Source of the DNA: an uncultured Candidatus Saccharibacteria bacterium
GTDB lineage: Bacteria > Patescibacteriota > WWE3 > 9FT-COMBO-53-11
DNA length: 63,667 nucleotides
Direction: 5' to 3'
Assembly: GCA_964348395.1 (NCBI GenBank)
Contig: CAYGCK010000003.1
Location: 26,095 to 89,761, forward strand
Shown here: positions 29,393-38,005 of the stretch, in pieces
Numbering within the stretch: the first letter of the stretch is position 1
Layout: each line of letters begins with the position of its first letter
Position numbers and translations under genes: made by a program
Notes under the pieces: model-generated
Seen by the model: only the letters and a program-made list of their open reading frames with translations
Database searches by the model: none
What the model was told of the DNA's origin: nothing

Positions 29393-30087
29393 TTTTTACT
29401 CTTCTTCGAAACCTTCTTTTTAACTGTACTTTTGGTAGTCTTGGGTTTGGAAACCCCTAGTCGCTTTTTTAAAGCGTCGATCCCTTCCTTAAGAAAGACG
29501 ACGTTTCCGGCCTTGAGAACCGCGTAGGGGTTTACGGTTGAAGCAGGAGTTATCTCAACACCAGGGAGATTTCTAAAAGAGCGGAAAACCACCTCTTCAG
29601 GACGCGCGGTTACGATGAGGGGCTTTTCAAGCTTTAATTTCTCAATAAGCTTAGCGGCAGAGGAGGTCTTTGGCTCTTTGAAGGAAATCTTATCCACAAT
29701 GAAAATCTTGTCCTCTTTCGCCTTACTTGAGAAGGCGGAGCGGAGCGCCAAGTCCTTAATCTTTTTGGGAATTGAGGACTCAAATCCCCTTGGTTTAGGA
29801 CCGTGAGCCACTCCCCCACCAACCCAGATAGGTGAACGGATAGACCCGTGGCGCGCCCGGCCGGTCCCTTTCTGCCTCCAGGGTTTTCTCCCGCCGCCGG
29901 AAACCTCGCTTCGGGTTTTGGCCGCGGCGGTACCTTTTCGCTTATTTTTCTGATAAACGTGAACGTACTGGCGGAGGGCTTGCTCGTTTGGTTTAATTCC
30001 AAATATCTCCTTTGGCAACTCGACCGTACTCTGAAGTTTTGTTCCTTTGTCGCTATAGACGTTAACTCGCATATCAGTGACCAGCAA
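29389..30087 (-). CDS. rplD: 50S ribosomal protein L4
   Basis: SEVSGGGRKPWRQKGTGRARHGSIRSPIWVGGGVAHGPKP. Confidence 0.95.
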   Translation of the reverse strand: MLVTDMRVNVYSDKGTKLQSTVELPKEIFGIKPNEQALRQYVHVYQKNKRKGTAAAKTRSEVSGGGRKPWRQKGTGRARHGSIRSPIWVGGGVAHGPKPRGFESSIPKKIKDLALRSAFSSKAKEDKIFIVDKISFKEPKTSSAAKLIEKLKLEKPLIVTARPEEVVFRSFRNLPGVEITPASTVNPYAVLKAGNVVFLKEGIDALKKRLGVSKPKTTKSTVKKKVSKKSKK

Positions 30088-30101
30088 TCAGTAACCAGTG
30101 A

Positions 30102-30599
30102 TCAGTCATCGGATTTCTTCTCAGTCTGTTCCCCGCCGCCTGTTCCCCGCTCCCTGTTCTCTGTTCTCCCTTTTGGTTCATACCGAAGGACAATCTTGCT
30201 TTTACTGGGCCCTGGAATGGAGCCGGAGATTTTGACGATTTTCCGTTCGCCGTCCACCAACACAACCGAAAGTCCCTTTACTGTCACTCGAGCCCCACCC
30301 ATACGTCCCGCCATCTTTTTGCCCTTGTAAACCCGGCCAGGAGTGGTCGTCCCTCCAATTGACCCAGGGGCGCGCTGACGGTCGGACTGGCCGTGGGTTG
30401 CCGGACCCCCGGCGAAGCCGTGGCGCTTCATTACCCCCGCAAAACCCTTGCCCTTGGAGGTACCAACCACTTCGACCTCAGTCCCCACTACCAGGTCCTC
30501 GGGGAGATCCTTAAAAGAAACCTCGGTAACAGGGATAACTTTCCCGTCTTCGGAAAATATTTGACCCATTTGTAGTTTTTTGGCTTCGACCTCTACCAT
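30102..30599 (-). CDS. rplC: 50S ribosomal protein L3 (shortened, 165 aa)
   Basis: GTSKGKGFAGVMKRHGFAGGPATHGQSDRQRAPGSIGGTTTPGRVYKGKKMAGRMG. About 45 aa of the usual N-terminal barrel region is absent, and the C-terminal tail is acidic and Gly-rich. Confidence 0.9.
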   Translation of the reverse strand: MVEVEAKKLQMGQIFSEDGKVIPVTEVSFKDLPEDLVVGTEVEVVGTSKGKGFAGVMKRHGFAGGPATHGQSDRQRAPGSIGGTTTPGRVYKGKKMAGRMGGARVTVKGLSVVLVDGERKIVKISGSIPGPSKSKIVLRYEPKGRTENRERGTGGGEQTEKKSDD

Positions 30600-30606
30600 T
30601 TCAACT

Positions 30607-30628
30607 AAAAAACCGCTCGTTTAAGCGG
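30607..30628 (-). terminator. intrinsic terminator/attenuator hairpin 8-13 nt upstream of the rplC ATG
   Basis: The minus strand reads CCGCT-TAAACG-AGCGG followed by TTTTTT, and then AGTTGAA-ATG(rplC). Confidence 0.5.
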
Positions 30629-30723
30629 CCTCATAAACCCAAACATCAGGATTGGGTGCGACAAGTTATGGCTTGTCCTTCTTGAATCTTTTCAAGGTTG
30701 GACGCTTAAACATCACCGTTAAG

Positions 30724-30752
30724 ATGATAGCAGAGGGGATAAAAAAGTTCAA
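30724..30752 (-). promoter_or_regulatory. sigma70-type promoter for the rplC...operon (TTGAAC-N17-TATCAT)
   Basis: On the minus strand: -35 TTGAAC (30747-30752), a 17-nt spacer, and -10 TATCAT (30724-30729). It lies about 125 nt upstream of the rplC ATG. Confidence 0.5.
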
Positions 30753-30835
30753 TAACTCTGCGGCGAATATTCTCACAGCGTGAGTCAGCAGACTTGAGAC
30801 ACCGTTTCTGAGAAATTAGATTATCGAGCGCCTTA

Positions 30836-31444
30836 CTAATACTCGGCGTGCTCGAGCTGGTTCATAAAGAAGTTGACGGCGTAGGCCCAGCTCCCGCCGT
30901 TCTCCAGAGACACTGGAGCGTAGCGTGTCATAATGTCCTCGACGGTGGTCAACCCGTCATCCAGAAATTTCTCCTTGAGCCCTCTGGCAACCGTTCTAAT
31001 CCCTTCTTCATAAGAGGAGAAGTAGAGCGTCCCCCGCGAGTGTATCCCCCATCCCCAACAGTTGTGGGAATCGTCCGGAATGGTCCGACAAAAAGTAGAT
31101 TCCGCCCCGGCTATGGCGGCCAGAAGCCGCCAATCGAGGCCAAACTCTCCAGAAACCGAGAGAATCAGATTGGAATGGGCGGCCAAGGGCGACCGGTAGA
31201 CCTCCAGAAAATTTTTCAAGATAATGGGACGCGCTTCTTGGGAAACAGTGCTCTCCCCAAGGATAACCCCATCAGGAGGCAGGCTTCCAAAAAGGGCGGA
31301 CGCCACGGGTTCGAAAGTAATTTTCTCGTCGACGGTTGAAGTGATAAGAACTCCGGAGGCAGAAGCCAAAAGGGCAAAGGAGGTTGCCCCAAAAAAGATT
31401 AAAGGCAGTGCAAAGATTGTTGCGACCTTGGGCAGGCTCTTCAT
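30836..31444 (-). CDS. secreted/membrane-anchored lysozyme-like protein (possible peptidoglycan hydrolase)
   Basis: 202 aa with an N-terminal TM. WRLLAAIAGAESTFCRTIPDDSHNCWGWG resembles the catalytic-Glu region of transglycosylase/glucosaminidase-like folds. Weak by-eye assignment. Confidence 0.4.
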   Translation of the reverse strand: MKSLPKVATIFALPLIFFGATSFALLASASGVLITSTVDEKITFEPVASALFGSLPPDGVILGESTVSQEARPIILKNFLEVYRSPLAAHSNLILSVSGEFGLDWRLLAAIAGAESTFCRTIPDDSHNCWGWGIHSRGTLYFSSYEEGIRTVARGLKEKFLDDGLTTVEDIMTRYAPVSLENGGSWAYAVNFFMNQLEHAEY

Positions 31445-31517
31445 AGGCAGGCTGGGGCAGCTAAAATAAAGCTAGCAGAGTGGGAAGCCGGATTGCAAAC
31501 CTGTTAAGATTTATTTG

Positions 31518-31769
31518 ATGGGTAAAAGACGCAAAGTATACTTGCCCAAGTGGCAACGGTGGTTCATCTATCCCCTTTTCATAGGAATGTGGTTGCTTTT
31601 TACCTATCTTGAGTTCTTTAATCCCGACACCCAAGGGGAGTTAGGACTCGTTGGCTACGTCTTCTTCACGATTCTTTTTTTAGGGCTTGGAGTGATGTTT
31701 TGGCTGATGACCTCTGGGCGTCTACCCTCATACGAAATCGAAGATAAGGAAGAAAAGAAAAAGTCCTAA
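31518..31769 (+). CDS. small 2-TM membrane protein (hypothetical)
   Basis: About 83 aa with two hydrophobic helices and a Lys/Glu tail. It is a plus-strand gene inserted between rpsJ and rplC. Confidence 0.4.
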   Translation: MGKRRKVYLPKWQRWFIYPLFIGMWLLFTYLEFFNPDTQGELGLVGYVFFTILFLGLGVMFWLMTSGRLPSYEIEDKEEKKKS

Positions 31770-31823
31770 AGCTCATTTCCGAATGAAGTGAGGAAAGATG
31801 ACTCTTTTGCGAAGCAAAAGGTC

Positions 31824-32135
31824 CTACATCCTCACCTCAATTCCCACACCTGCAGGCAAATCGAGATTAGAGAGCTCGTCTAAAGTTTTGGAAGTGGGTT
31901 CCTCAATATCGATAAGGCGTTTGTGGGTTAGGATTTCAAACTGCTCGCGGGAGCGCTTGTCGATGTGGGGGGAGCGGATGACAGTAAAAAGCTCCCTGTC
32001 TGTGGGGAGCGGGATGGGACCTATGACTTTGGCACCGGTACGAATGGCCGCGTCAACAATTTTCTCGGCGCTTCGGTCTATGACCCGAGCGTCGTAAGCT
32101 TTTAAACGAACTCTAATCCTTCCCTTGGTTGCCAT
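31824..32135 (-). CDS. rpsJ: 30S ribosomal protein S10
   Basis: [39 protein letters not shown]...HKRLIDI. Confidence 0.96.
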   Translation of the reverse strand: MATKGRIRVRLKAYDARVIDRSAEKIVDAAIRTGAKVIGPIPLPTDRELFTVIRSPHIDKRSREQFEILTHKRLIDIEEPTSKTLDELSNLDLPAGVGIEVRM

Positions 32136-32157
32136 GGTAACGTGCAGGAATTAGCAA

Positions 32158-32185
32158 ACAGAGAACAGAGAACAGAGAACAGAAA
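32158..32185. repeat. tandem heptamer (ACAGAGA)x3 + ACAGAAA in the tuf-rpsJ spacer
   Basis: Read directly: acagaga acagaga acagaga acagaaa. Confidence 0.8.
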
Positions 32186-32211
32186 CTTGCTCCCTACTCA
32201 CTATTCACTAC

Positions 32212-33399
32212 TCACTTAACTACTTTGGAAGCCACTCCCGCCCCGACGGTGTGACCGCCCTCCCGAATTGCAAATCGCAACCCCGCCTCAAGTGCGACAG
32301 GCTGAATCAGCTTAACGGTTATCTTAACGTTATCCCCCGGCATAACCATCTCGACATCCTTAGGCAGGGTAACCTCACCGGTAACGTCGGTGGTTCTAAT
32401 GTAAAACTGCGGGCGATATCCTGAGAAAAACGGCGTGTGCCGACCGCCCTCTTCCTTGGAGAGAACGTAGACTTCCGCCTCAAAGTCGGTGTGGGGGGTT
32501 ATGGAACCGGGTTTGGCGATGACCTGTCCACGCTCGATGTCATCTCGCTCTATACCCCTTAAAAGAAGGCCAACGTTATCGCCGGCCTGAGCCTCGTCAA
32601 GCGTCTTCTTGAACATCTCGACACCGGTAACAACCGTCTTTTTGGTATCGCGGAGCCCAACAATCTCGATCTCCTCACCAACCTTGATTTTGCCTCGTTC
32701 GACACGGCCGGTTGCGACCGTTCCGCGCCCTTTGATAGAAAAGACGTCCTCCACCGGCATTAGGAAAGGCTTGTCCATCTCACGGGTTGGAGTGGGGATG
32801 TACTCGTCGACTGCTTTTATCAACTCCTCAATACTCTTCATCGCCTCGGCATCTCCTTCAAGAGCCTTAAGCGCCGAGCCTTTGATAACGGGAACCTCAT
32901 CCCCCGGGTATTCATATTTGGTCAAAAGTTCGCGGACCTCTACCTCAACGAGGTCAACAAGTTCTGGGTCATCAACCATATCGACCTTGTTAATATAGAC
33001 AGCAATCGAAGGGACGTTAACTTGGCGAGCAAGAAGAATGTGCTCTCTAGTCTGAGGCATAGGTCCATCTGGAGCGGAAACGACCAAAATTGCCCCATCC
33101 ATCTGGGCGGCGCCGGTAATCATATTTTTGATGTAGTCGGCGTGACCCGGAGCGTCGATGTGGGCATAGTGTCGCGCCTCGGTTTCGTATTCTACGTGGG
33201 AGATGCTGATAGTAATACCGCGCTCCTTCTCCTCGGGAGCTTTGTCGATTTCTTCAAACGGTGTAAAGGTCGCCAATTTCTTGTCGGCGAGGTACTTCGT
33301 GATCGCCGCGGTTAAGGTGGTCTTTCCGTGATCGACGTGACCTATGGTTCCGACGTTAACGTGTGGCTTTGTTCTTTCGAATTTCTTTGCTTCTGCCAT
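32212..33399 (-). CDS. tuf: elongation factor Tu
   Basis: 395 aa with [18 protein letters not shown] and NKVD. Confidence 0.98.
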   Translation of the reverse strand: MAEAKKFERTKPHVNVGTIGHVDHGKTTLTAAITKYLADKKLATFTPFEEIDKAPEEKERGITISISHVEYETEARHYAHIDAPGHADYIKNMITGAAQMDGAILVVSAPDGPMPQTREHILLARQVNVPSIAVYINKVDMVDDPELVDLVEVEVRELLTKYEYPGDEVPVIKGSALKALEGDAEAMKSIEELIKAVDEYIPTPTREMDKPFLMPVEDVFSIKGRGTVATGRVERGKIKVGEEIEIVGLRDTKKTVVTGVEMFKKTLDEAQAGDNVGLLLRGIERDDIERGQVIAKPGSITPHTDFEAEVYVLSKEEGGRHTPFFSGYRPQFYIRTTDVTGEVTLPKDVEMVMPGDNVKITVKLIQPVALEAGLRFAIREGGHTVGAGVASKVVK

Positions 33400-33416
33400 A
33401 ATGACTTGACTTAAAG

Positions 33417-33445
33417 ATTTTAGGGATTGGGCTTGCTGATGTCAA
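33417..33445 (-). promoter_or_regulatory. near-consensus sigma70 promoter upstream of tuf (TTGACA-N17-TAAAAT)
   Basis: On the minus strand: TTGACA (33440-33445), an exactly 17-nt spacer, and TAAAAT (33417-33422). The -10 element ends 17 nt before the tuf ATG. Confidence 0.55.
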
Positions 33446-33536
33446 GTAGGTACCCGAAGGCGCCTACTTGCTTGGCTTTTGGCAGAGCCAAAACCAAGAC
33501 AAGAGTGAACACCCAAACGATTAAACCACAAAAACC

Positions 33537-35633
33537 CTACTTCCCTCCAGAAATTATCTTCTCCGCAATATTTTCTGGAGTTTTCTCGTAATGCGACGGC
33601 TCCATGTTAAAGGTTCCCCGTCCAGATGTCAAGGAACGAAGAGTAGTCGCGTACCCGAACATTTCACCCAATGGAACGGCGGCCTTTATGGCCTGGGCGT
33701 TACCTCTAACCTCTGTCCCTGAGATCTGCGCTCTCCGGGAGGAGAGATCCCCCATCACCTCACCCAAGTACTGCTCGGGGGTGATAACCTCGATCTGCAT
33801 TATGGGCTCAAGAAGAACCGGTTTAGCGCGGCGGCACCCCTCCCGAGTAGCTTCAGATGCAGCAATCTGGAAGGCGATGTCCGAGGAATCGACCTCGTGA
33901 AACGAGCCGTCGTAAAGGGTTGCTCGAACGTCTATTAAGGGGTAGCCGGCCAAAACGCCTTTCCCCAAAGCTTCTTTTACTCCTTTTTGGGCTGCGGGGA
34001 TAAACTCCTTAGGAATCGCTCCGCCGACGATCCTATCTACAAACTCAAATCCGATTCCCCGGGGCAAGGGCTCAAGCTCCAAAAAGACGTGCCCATACTG
34101 CCCTCGCCCGCCCGATTGGCGTATGTATTTACCTTCCTGCTGAATCTTGGTCGTAATAGTTTCCTTATAGGCAACTTGGGGGGCTCCAACGTTCGCCTCG
34201 ACCTTAAACTCTCGCTTCATCCGATCGACTAGAATCTCCAGGTGAAACTCCCCCATCCCAGAGATGAGGGTTTCGCCGGTTTCGTGGTTTGTTGAGATTT
34301 TAAAGGTAGGATCTTCCTCAGAAAGTTTTCTCATAGCTCCCCCAAGTTTCTCCTGATCGGCTTTGGTTTTGGGCTCGATCATAACCGATATCACGGGTTC
34401 TGGGAAGGAGATACTCTCCAAAATTATGGGAGCTTTTTCGCTGCAGAGGGTATCTCCGGTAGTGGTATCCCCGAGTCCGATCAAAGCGGCGATCTCGCCC
34501 GCTTTGATATCCTTAATCTCCTCACGTGAGTTGGCGTGCATCAAAAGTATCCGACCCACCCTTTCTTTATCTCCTTTAGTGGAGTTGAGGACGTAAGAGC
34601 CGGAGGATAGCTTCCCGGAATAAACCCTCACATAGGTAAGTCGCCCTACAAAAGGGTCGGTTTGCACCTTGAACGCCAGAGCGGCGAAAGGTTCCTTGGT
34701 ATCGGTTTTTCTGGCGACCTCGGCACCGGAAAGATCGACACCTCTAACGGGCGGAGTGTCCAAAGGAGAGGGCAAGAAGTCAACCACCGCGTCAAGCACC
34801 AGTTGGACTCCTTTGTTCTTAAGAGAGGAGCCGCAAAGAATAGGAAAGATCTGGCCGGTGAGGGTCGCTTTTCGAAGCCCTTCTTTGAGCTCGTCTGCTG
34901 CAAACTCCCCCCCGCCTACAAAACGTTCCAAAAGCGACTCGTCTTCCTCGACTATCGCCTCGATAGTCTTTGCCCTGTACTTTTTGAGCTTGTCTTGAAG
35001 TTCGGCGGGGACCTCCTTTTCGACAACTTTCTCCCCCATCTCACCCTCGAAAAAGTACGCTTTTTGTGTCAAAACGTCAACCACGCCTGAAAAATCGGAC
35101 TCTCTGCCAATTGGAAAGTTGACTACAATGGTTTTGGCGTTGAGCTTATCTTTTATAGATTTAAGGTCAGCCTCAAAGTCTGCGCCAATTTTATCCATCT
35201 TGTTTATGAAGCAAATTCTTGGAACCTTGTATTTATCCGCCTGGCGCCAAACCTTTTCCGACTGCGGTTCGACTCCTTCCTTACCATCAAAAACTACAAT
35301 CGCCCCGTCCAAAACCCTTAAAGAACGCTCCACCTCGGCGGTGAAGTCGACGTGCCCCGGGGTGTCAATAATGTTCACCCGATGGTCTTTCCAAAAAGTA
35401 GTCGTCGCCGCTGCGGTTATGGTAACTCCACGCTCTCGCTCCTGCTCCATCCAATCCATAACGGCCGCCCCCTCATGAACCTCGCCAATCTTGTAGGTTC
35501 GTCCGGTGTAATACAAAACCCGCTCGGTAGTTGTGGTTTTACCGGCGTCGATATGGGCGATAATACCGATGTTTCTTACCCGATCCAGGGGAACTTGAAA
35601 CCCTGCTTTTGATGAAATCTTTTCCTCTACCAT
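33537..35633 (-). CDS. fusA: elongation factor G
   Basis: 698 aa with [20 protein letters not shown] and domains III-V. Confidence 0.98.
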   Translation of the reverse strand: MVEEKISSKAGFQVPLDRVRNIGIIAHIDAGKTTTTERVLYYTGRTYKIGEVHEGAAVMDWMEQERERGVTITAAATTTFWKDHRVNIIDTPGHVDFTAEVERSLRVLDGAIVVFDGKEGVEPQSEKVWRQADKYKVPRICFINKMDKIGADFEADLKSIKDKLNAKTIVVNFPIGRESDFSGVVDVLTQKAYFFEGEMGEKVVEKEVPAELQDKLKKYRAKTIEAIVEEDESLLERFVGGGEFAADELKEGLRKATLTGQIFPILCGSSLKNKGVQLVLDAVVDFLPSPLDTPPVRGVDLSGAEVARKTDTKEPFAALAFKVQTDPFVGRLTYVRVYSGKLSSGSYVLNSTKGDKERVGRILLMHANSREEIKDIKAGEIAALIGLGDTTTGDTLCSEKAPIILESISFPEPVISVMIEPKTKADQEKLGGAMRKLSEEDPTFKISTNHETGETLISGMGEFHLEILVDRMKREFKVEANVGAPQVAYKETITTKIQQEGKYIRQSGGRGQYGHVFLELEPLPRGIGFEFVDRIVGGAIPKEFIPAAQKGVKEALGKGVLAGYPLIDVRATLYDGSFHEVDSSDIAFQIAASEATREGCRRAKPVLLEPIMQIEVITPEQYLGEVMGDLSSRRAQISGTEVRGNAQAIKAAVPLGEMFGYATTLRSLTSGRGTFNMEPSHYEKTPENIAEKIISGGK

Positions 35634-35771
35634 ATACCTTTATCTTAAAACATGAAAAGGGTACCGCAACGGCACCCGCTTTAAGCTTTGGCCGAAATAT
35701 CTTAGCAGAGTGGTACCGTCTAGTCCACAATTTAAGGGAAAGTTCTATAATAAATTATAAATAAGGAGGTG

Positions 35772-35984
35772 ATGAAGAGCGTGATGTTTATCGGAGCTTT
35801 AATAGTTTTTACAGGGGCGTTTTGGCTTCTCTCCAACTTAGGCTACATATCGGCCGACTTTTGGGAAGTCTTTTGGCCTCTGGTCGTAATCTTAATCGGC
35901 CTCAAAATCCTTCTTGTCCCCTTGAAGTGGTATAGATTTTGGGACAACCTTCGAGGAGGGAAGAAAAGAGTAAAAATTGAGTAG
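35772..35984 (+). CDS. small 2-TM membrane protein (LiaF-N/DUF5668-like)
   Basis: About 70 aa with FIGALIVFTGAFWLLSNLGYIS...WPLVVILIGLKILL. Confidence 0.4.
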   Translation: MKSVMFIGALIVFTGAFWLLSNLGYISADFWEVFWPLVVILIGLKILLVPLKWYRFWDNLRGGKKRVKIE

Positions 35985-35993
35985 TTCGGTTTT

Positions 35994-36473
35994 TCAAGCT
36001 TGGGGAACTTTAAAGATCAAGCCAACAAGGTATCCCACAGTTGCCGCGGCTAATCCTATCGCCAGTATCTGCAAACCGTTTCTCCAGAGGCCAAGTCCCA
36101 TGACGCGCGCCTTGTAGACGCCTAGGATAAAAAGAGCCAGCCCGGAGGTTGCAACCGCCACCCATATCCCCACGGAAACAGAAAAAACAGCAAAAGGAAT
36201 AAGCGGGATAAACGAGCCCAAGATCGCCGAAACCCCAACGATCGCCGCATCCTCCACCGCGTGGGAACCAGTCACCGAGGAGGTATAAGCCACGGCGGCC
36301 ATAGAAAAACTCTCGGCGAACGTCGCCGCAAGCCCCGCGGCTAAAATTATCCTCGTGTCTCCAGAGGCGGCGGCTACACCTAGTGTAACTCCCAAAACAT
36401 TAACCAGCCCGTCCTGTCCACCAAGGATGATATCCCTAAGATCCAACTGACGGTGTGACGGTTGTTGAGTCAT
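35994..36473 (-). CDS. VIT1/CCC1-family membrane protein (iron/manganese transporter-like)
   Basis: ILGGQDGLVNVLGVTLGVAAA...FAESFSMAAVAYTS, 159 aa, about 5 TM. Confidence 0.6.
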   Translation of the reverse strand: MTQQPSHRQLDLRDIILGGQDGLVNVLGVTLGVAAASGDTRIILAAGLAATFAESFSMAAVAYTSSVTGSHAVEDAAIVGVSAILGSFIPLIPFAVFSVSVGIWVAVATSGLALFILGVYKARVMGLGLWRNGLQILAIGLAAATVGYLVGLIFKVPQA

Positions 36474-36997
36474 TCTTCCCTAAACTTTTTCTCCCCCGCG
36501 CGGATAGGGACCTTGAGCCAGTTTTCAATCGGTGGGAGGGGACAGGAGTAAACCTCGTTGTAGGCGCAGTAGGGATTGTAGGCGAAGTTAAAATCGAGCT
36601 CTATTTTACCGTCTTTGTCCCTCACCTCGAGATAACGCCCGGCCCCATGCGTTTCCTTCCCCGACGTCGCGTCGCGAAACGGCAAAAAGTAAGAGCCGCT
36701 TTCCGCCTGGTATAAGGTAAGCTGTGCGGGAGCTCCCTCGACCTCCTGCCTGCCGGCAGGCACGGCGAACTTGAGTTTGCCTACCTTCTTGTATGTCTTT
36801 CTCTCTCCAGTTGAGGTCTCAAACTCAAAGTCCTCTGGCGGGACTCCCTCCAGTGGGATCTCGAAACGCAGAGCTGGGTTTTCGGGAAAGTACTTTAGAC
36901 CTTCAAACACATCCAACTCCTCTGTTGGAATCGGCGATTCGTGACCGGTTTTAAAGAACTCATCTTTTCGCGCTCTAAACTCCTCAAGTTCACTCAT
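36470..36997 (-). CDS. DUF1684 domain-containing protein
   Basis: 175 aa with LKYFPENPALRF...NFAYNPYCAYNEVYSCPLPPIEN, which resembles the DUF1684 C-terminal signature. Confidence 0.55.
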   Translation of the reverse strand: MSELEEFRARKDEFFKTGHESPIPTEELDVFEGLKYFPENPALRFEIPLEGVPPEDFEFETSTGERKTYKKVGKLKFAVPAGRQEVEGAPAQLTLYQAESGSYFLPFRDATSGKETHGAGRYLEVRDKDGKIELDFNFAYNPYCAYNEVYSCPLPPIENWLKVPIRAGEKKFREE

Positions 36998-37047
36998 GGG
37001 CTTATTTAAAATTTACCAAAAGAAGCGAGGTTGAAGAGTGGGGTGGG

Positions 37048-37518
37048 TTACCACCTAAAATGAGCGAACGCGCGATTTGCTTCGGCCATTTTGTGGGTAT
37101 CATCTTTCTTCTTAACGGCGGTACCTTCACCGTTGTAAGCCGCCGCTAGTTCCTCGGCCATCCTCTCATCGAAAGGTTTTCCCTTTTTCGACCGAGCAGA
37201 ACTGACCAACCAACGAATAGCTAAAGTCTGCCCGCGCTCGGCGGCAACAGGCATAGGAATCTGGTACGTTGCACCCCCGACACGGCGGGAGCGGACCTCT
37301 TGTTTCGGGGTTATGTTGGTCAACGCTTGGGTCAAAACGAGAAGCGGTTCAGCTTCCAAACTCTTAGACGCCTTATCCATAGCTTTGTAGACCAAGCTCC
37401 GGGCGGTCTCTTTCTTGCCGTCTTCCATTACTTGGTTTATGAGTTTGGCAACAACCGTGGACCCGTACCTCAAATCTGGCTCGACTAGTTTTTTTCGAAC
37501 GGGGCCTCCTCTTGGCAT
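37048..37518 (-). CDS. rpsG: 30S ribosomal protein S7
   Basis: [20 protein letters not shown]...VRSRRVGGATYQIPMPV...ANRAFAHFRW. Confidence 0.96.
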   Translation of the reverse strand: MPRGGPVRKKLVEPDLRYGSTVVAKLINQVMEDGKKETARSLVYKAMDKASKSLEAEPLLVLTQALTNITPKQEVRSRRVGGATYQIPMPVAAERGQTLAIRWLVSSARSKKGKPFDERMAEELAAAYNGEGTAVKKKDDTHKMAEANRAFAHFRW

Positions 37519-37982
37519 TAAGCACTCCCTTCGGTCGACGCCTCCTGCACCTCCTCGGCAGCGGCAGAGCCGGCCGCCCCCTTCTTGGAACCGTATAGCG
37601 ATCGGCTTGTAACACGCTCTTCAACACCCGCCGTATCGTAAACTCCTCTTACAATGGTGTACTTTATCCCAGGAAGGTCTTTGACCTTTCCACCCCGAAC
37701 TAGGACGATGTTGTGTTCTGCCAAGTTGTGGCCCTCACCCGGGATATAGGCGGTAACCTCGCGTCCGTTGGACAATCTAACCCTAGCAACCTTGCGAAGG
37801 GCGGAGTTCGGTTTTTTAGGGGTCATTGTTCTAACCTGAAGCACAACGGCGCGTTTAAAAGGTGAGGGGGTCCTTTTTCTCCTTCTCTTCAAAGAAGAGT
37901 ACACCTCGGACAGCGCCGGGGTTTTATCCTTCTTCGACGCTTTCTTCCTCCCTTTTTTTATAAGCTGCTGTACCGTTGGCAT
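37518..37982 (-). CDS. rpsL: 30S ribosomal protein S12 (internal insertion and Ala/Glu-rich C-terminal tail)
   Basis: [12 protein letters not shown]...[52 protein letters not shown]. Confidence 0.95.
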   Translation of the reverse strand: MPTVQQLIKKGRKKASKKDKTPALSEVYSSLKRRRKRTPSPFKRAVVLQVRTMTPKKPNSALRKVARVRLSNGREVTAYIPGEGHNLAEHNIVLVRGGKVKDLPGIKYTIVRGVYDTAGVEERVTSRSLYGSKKGAAGSAAAEEVQEASTEGSA

Positions 37983-38005
37983 ATTATTTACCCTCCATAA
38001 TCATT

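Noticed and set aside
32158-32185. Whether the heptamer and other short repeats could be a CRISPR array or minisatellite.
   Set aside because: The unit length is 7 nt with no spacers, and there are only about 4 copies. No cas genes are present. I recognised no CRISPR-like repeat-spacer pattern anywhere in the window.
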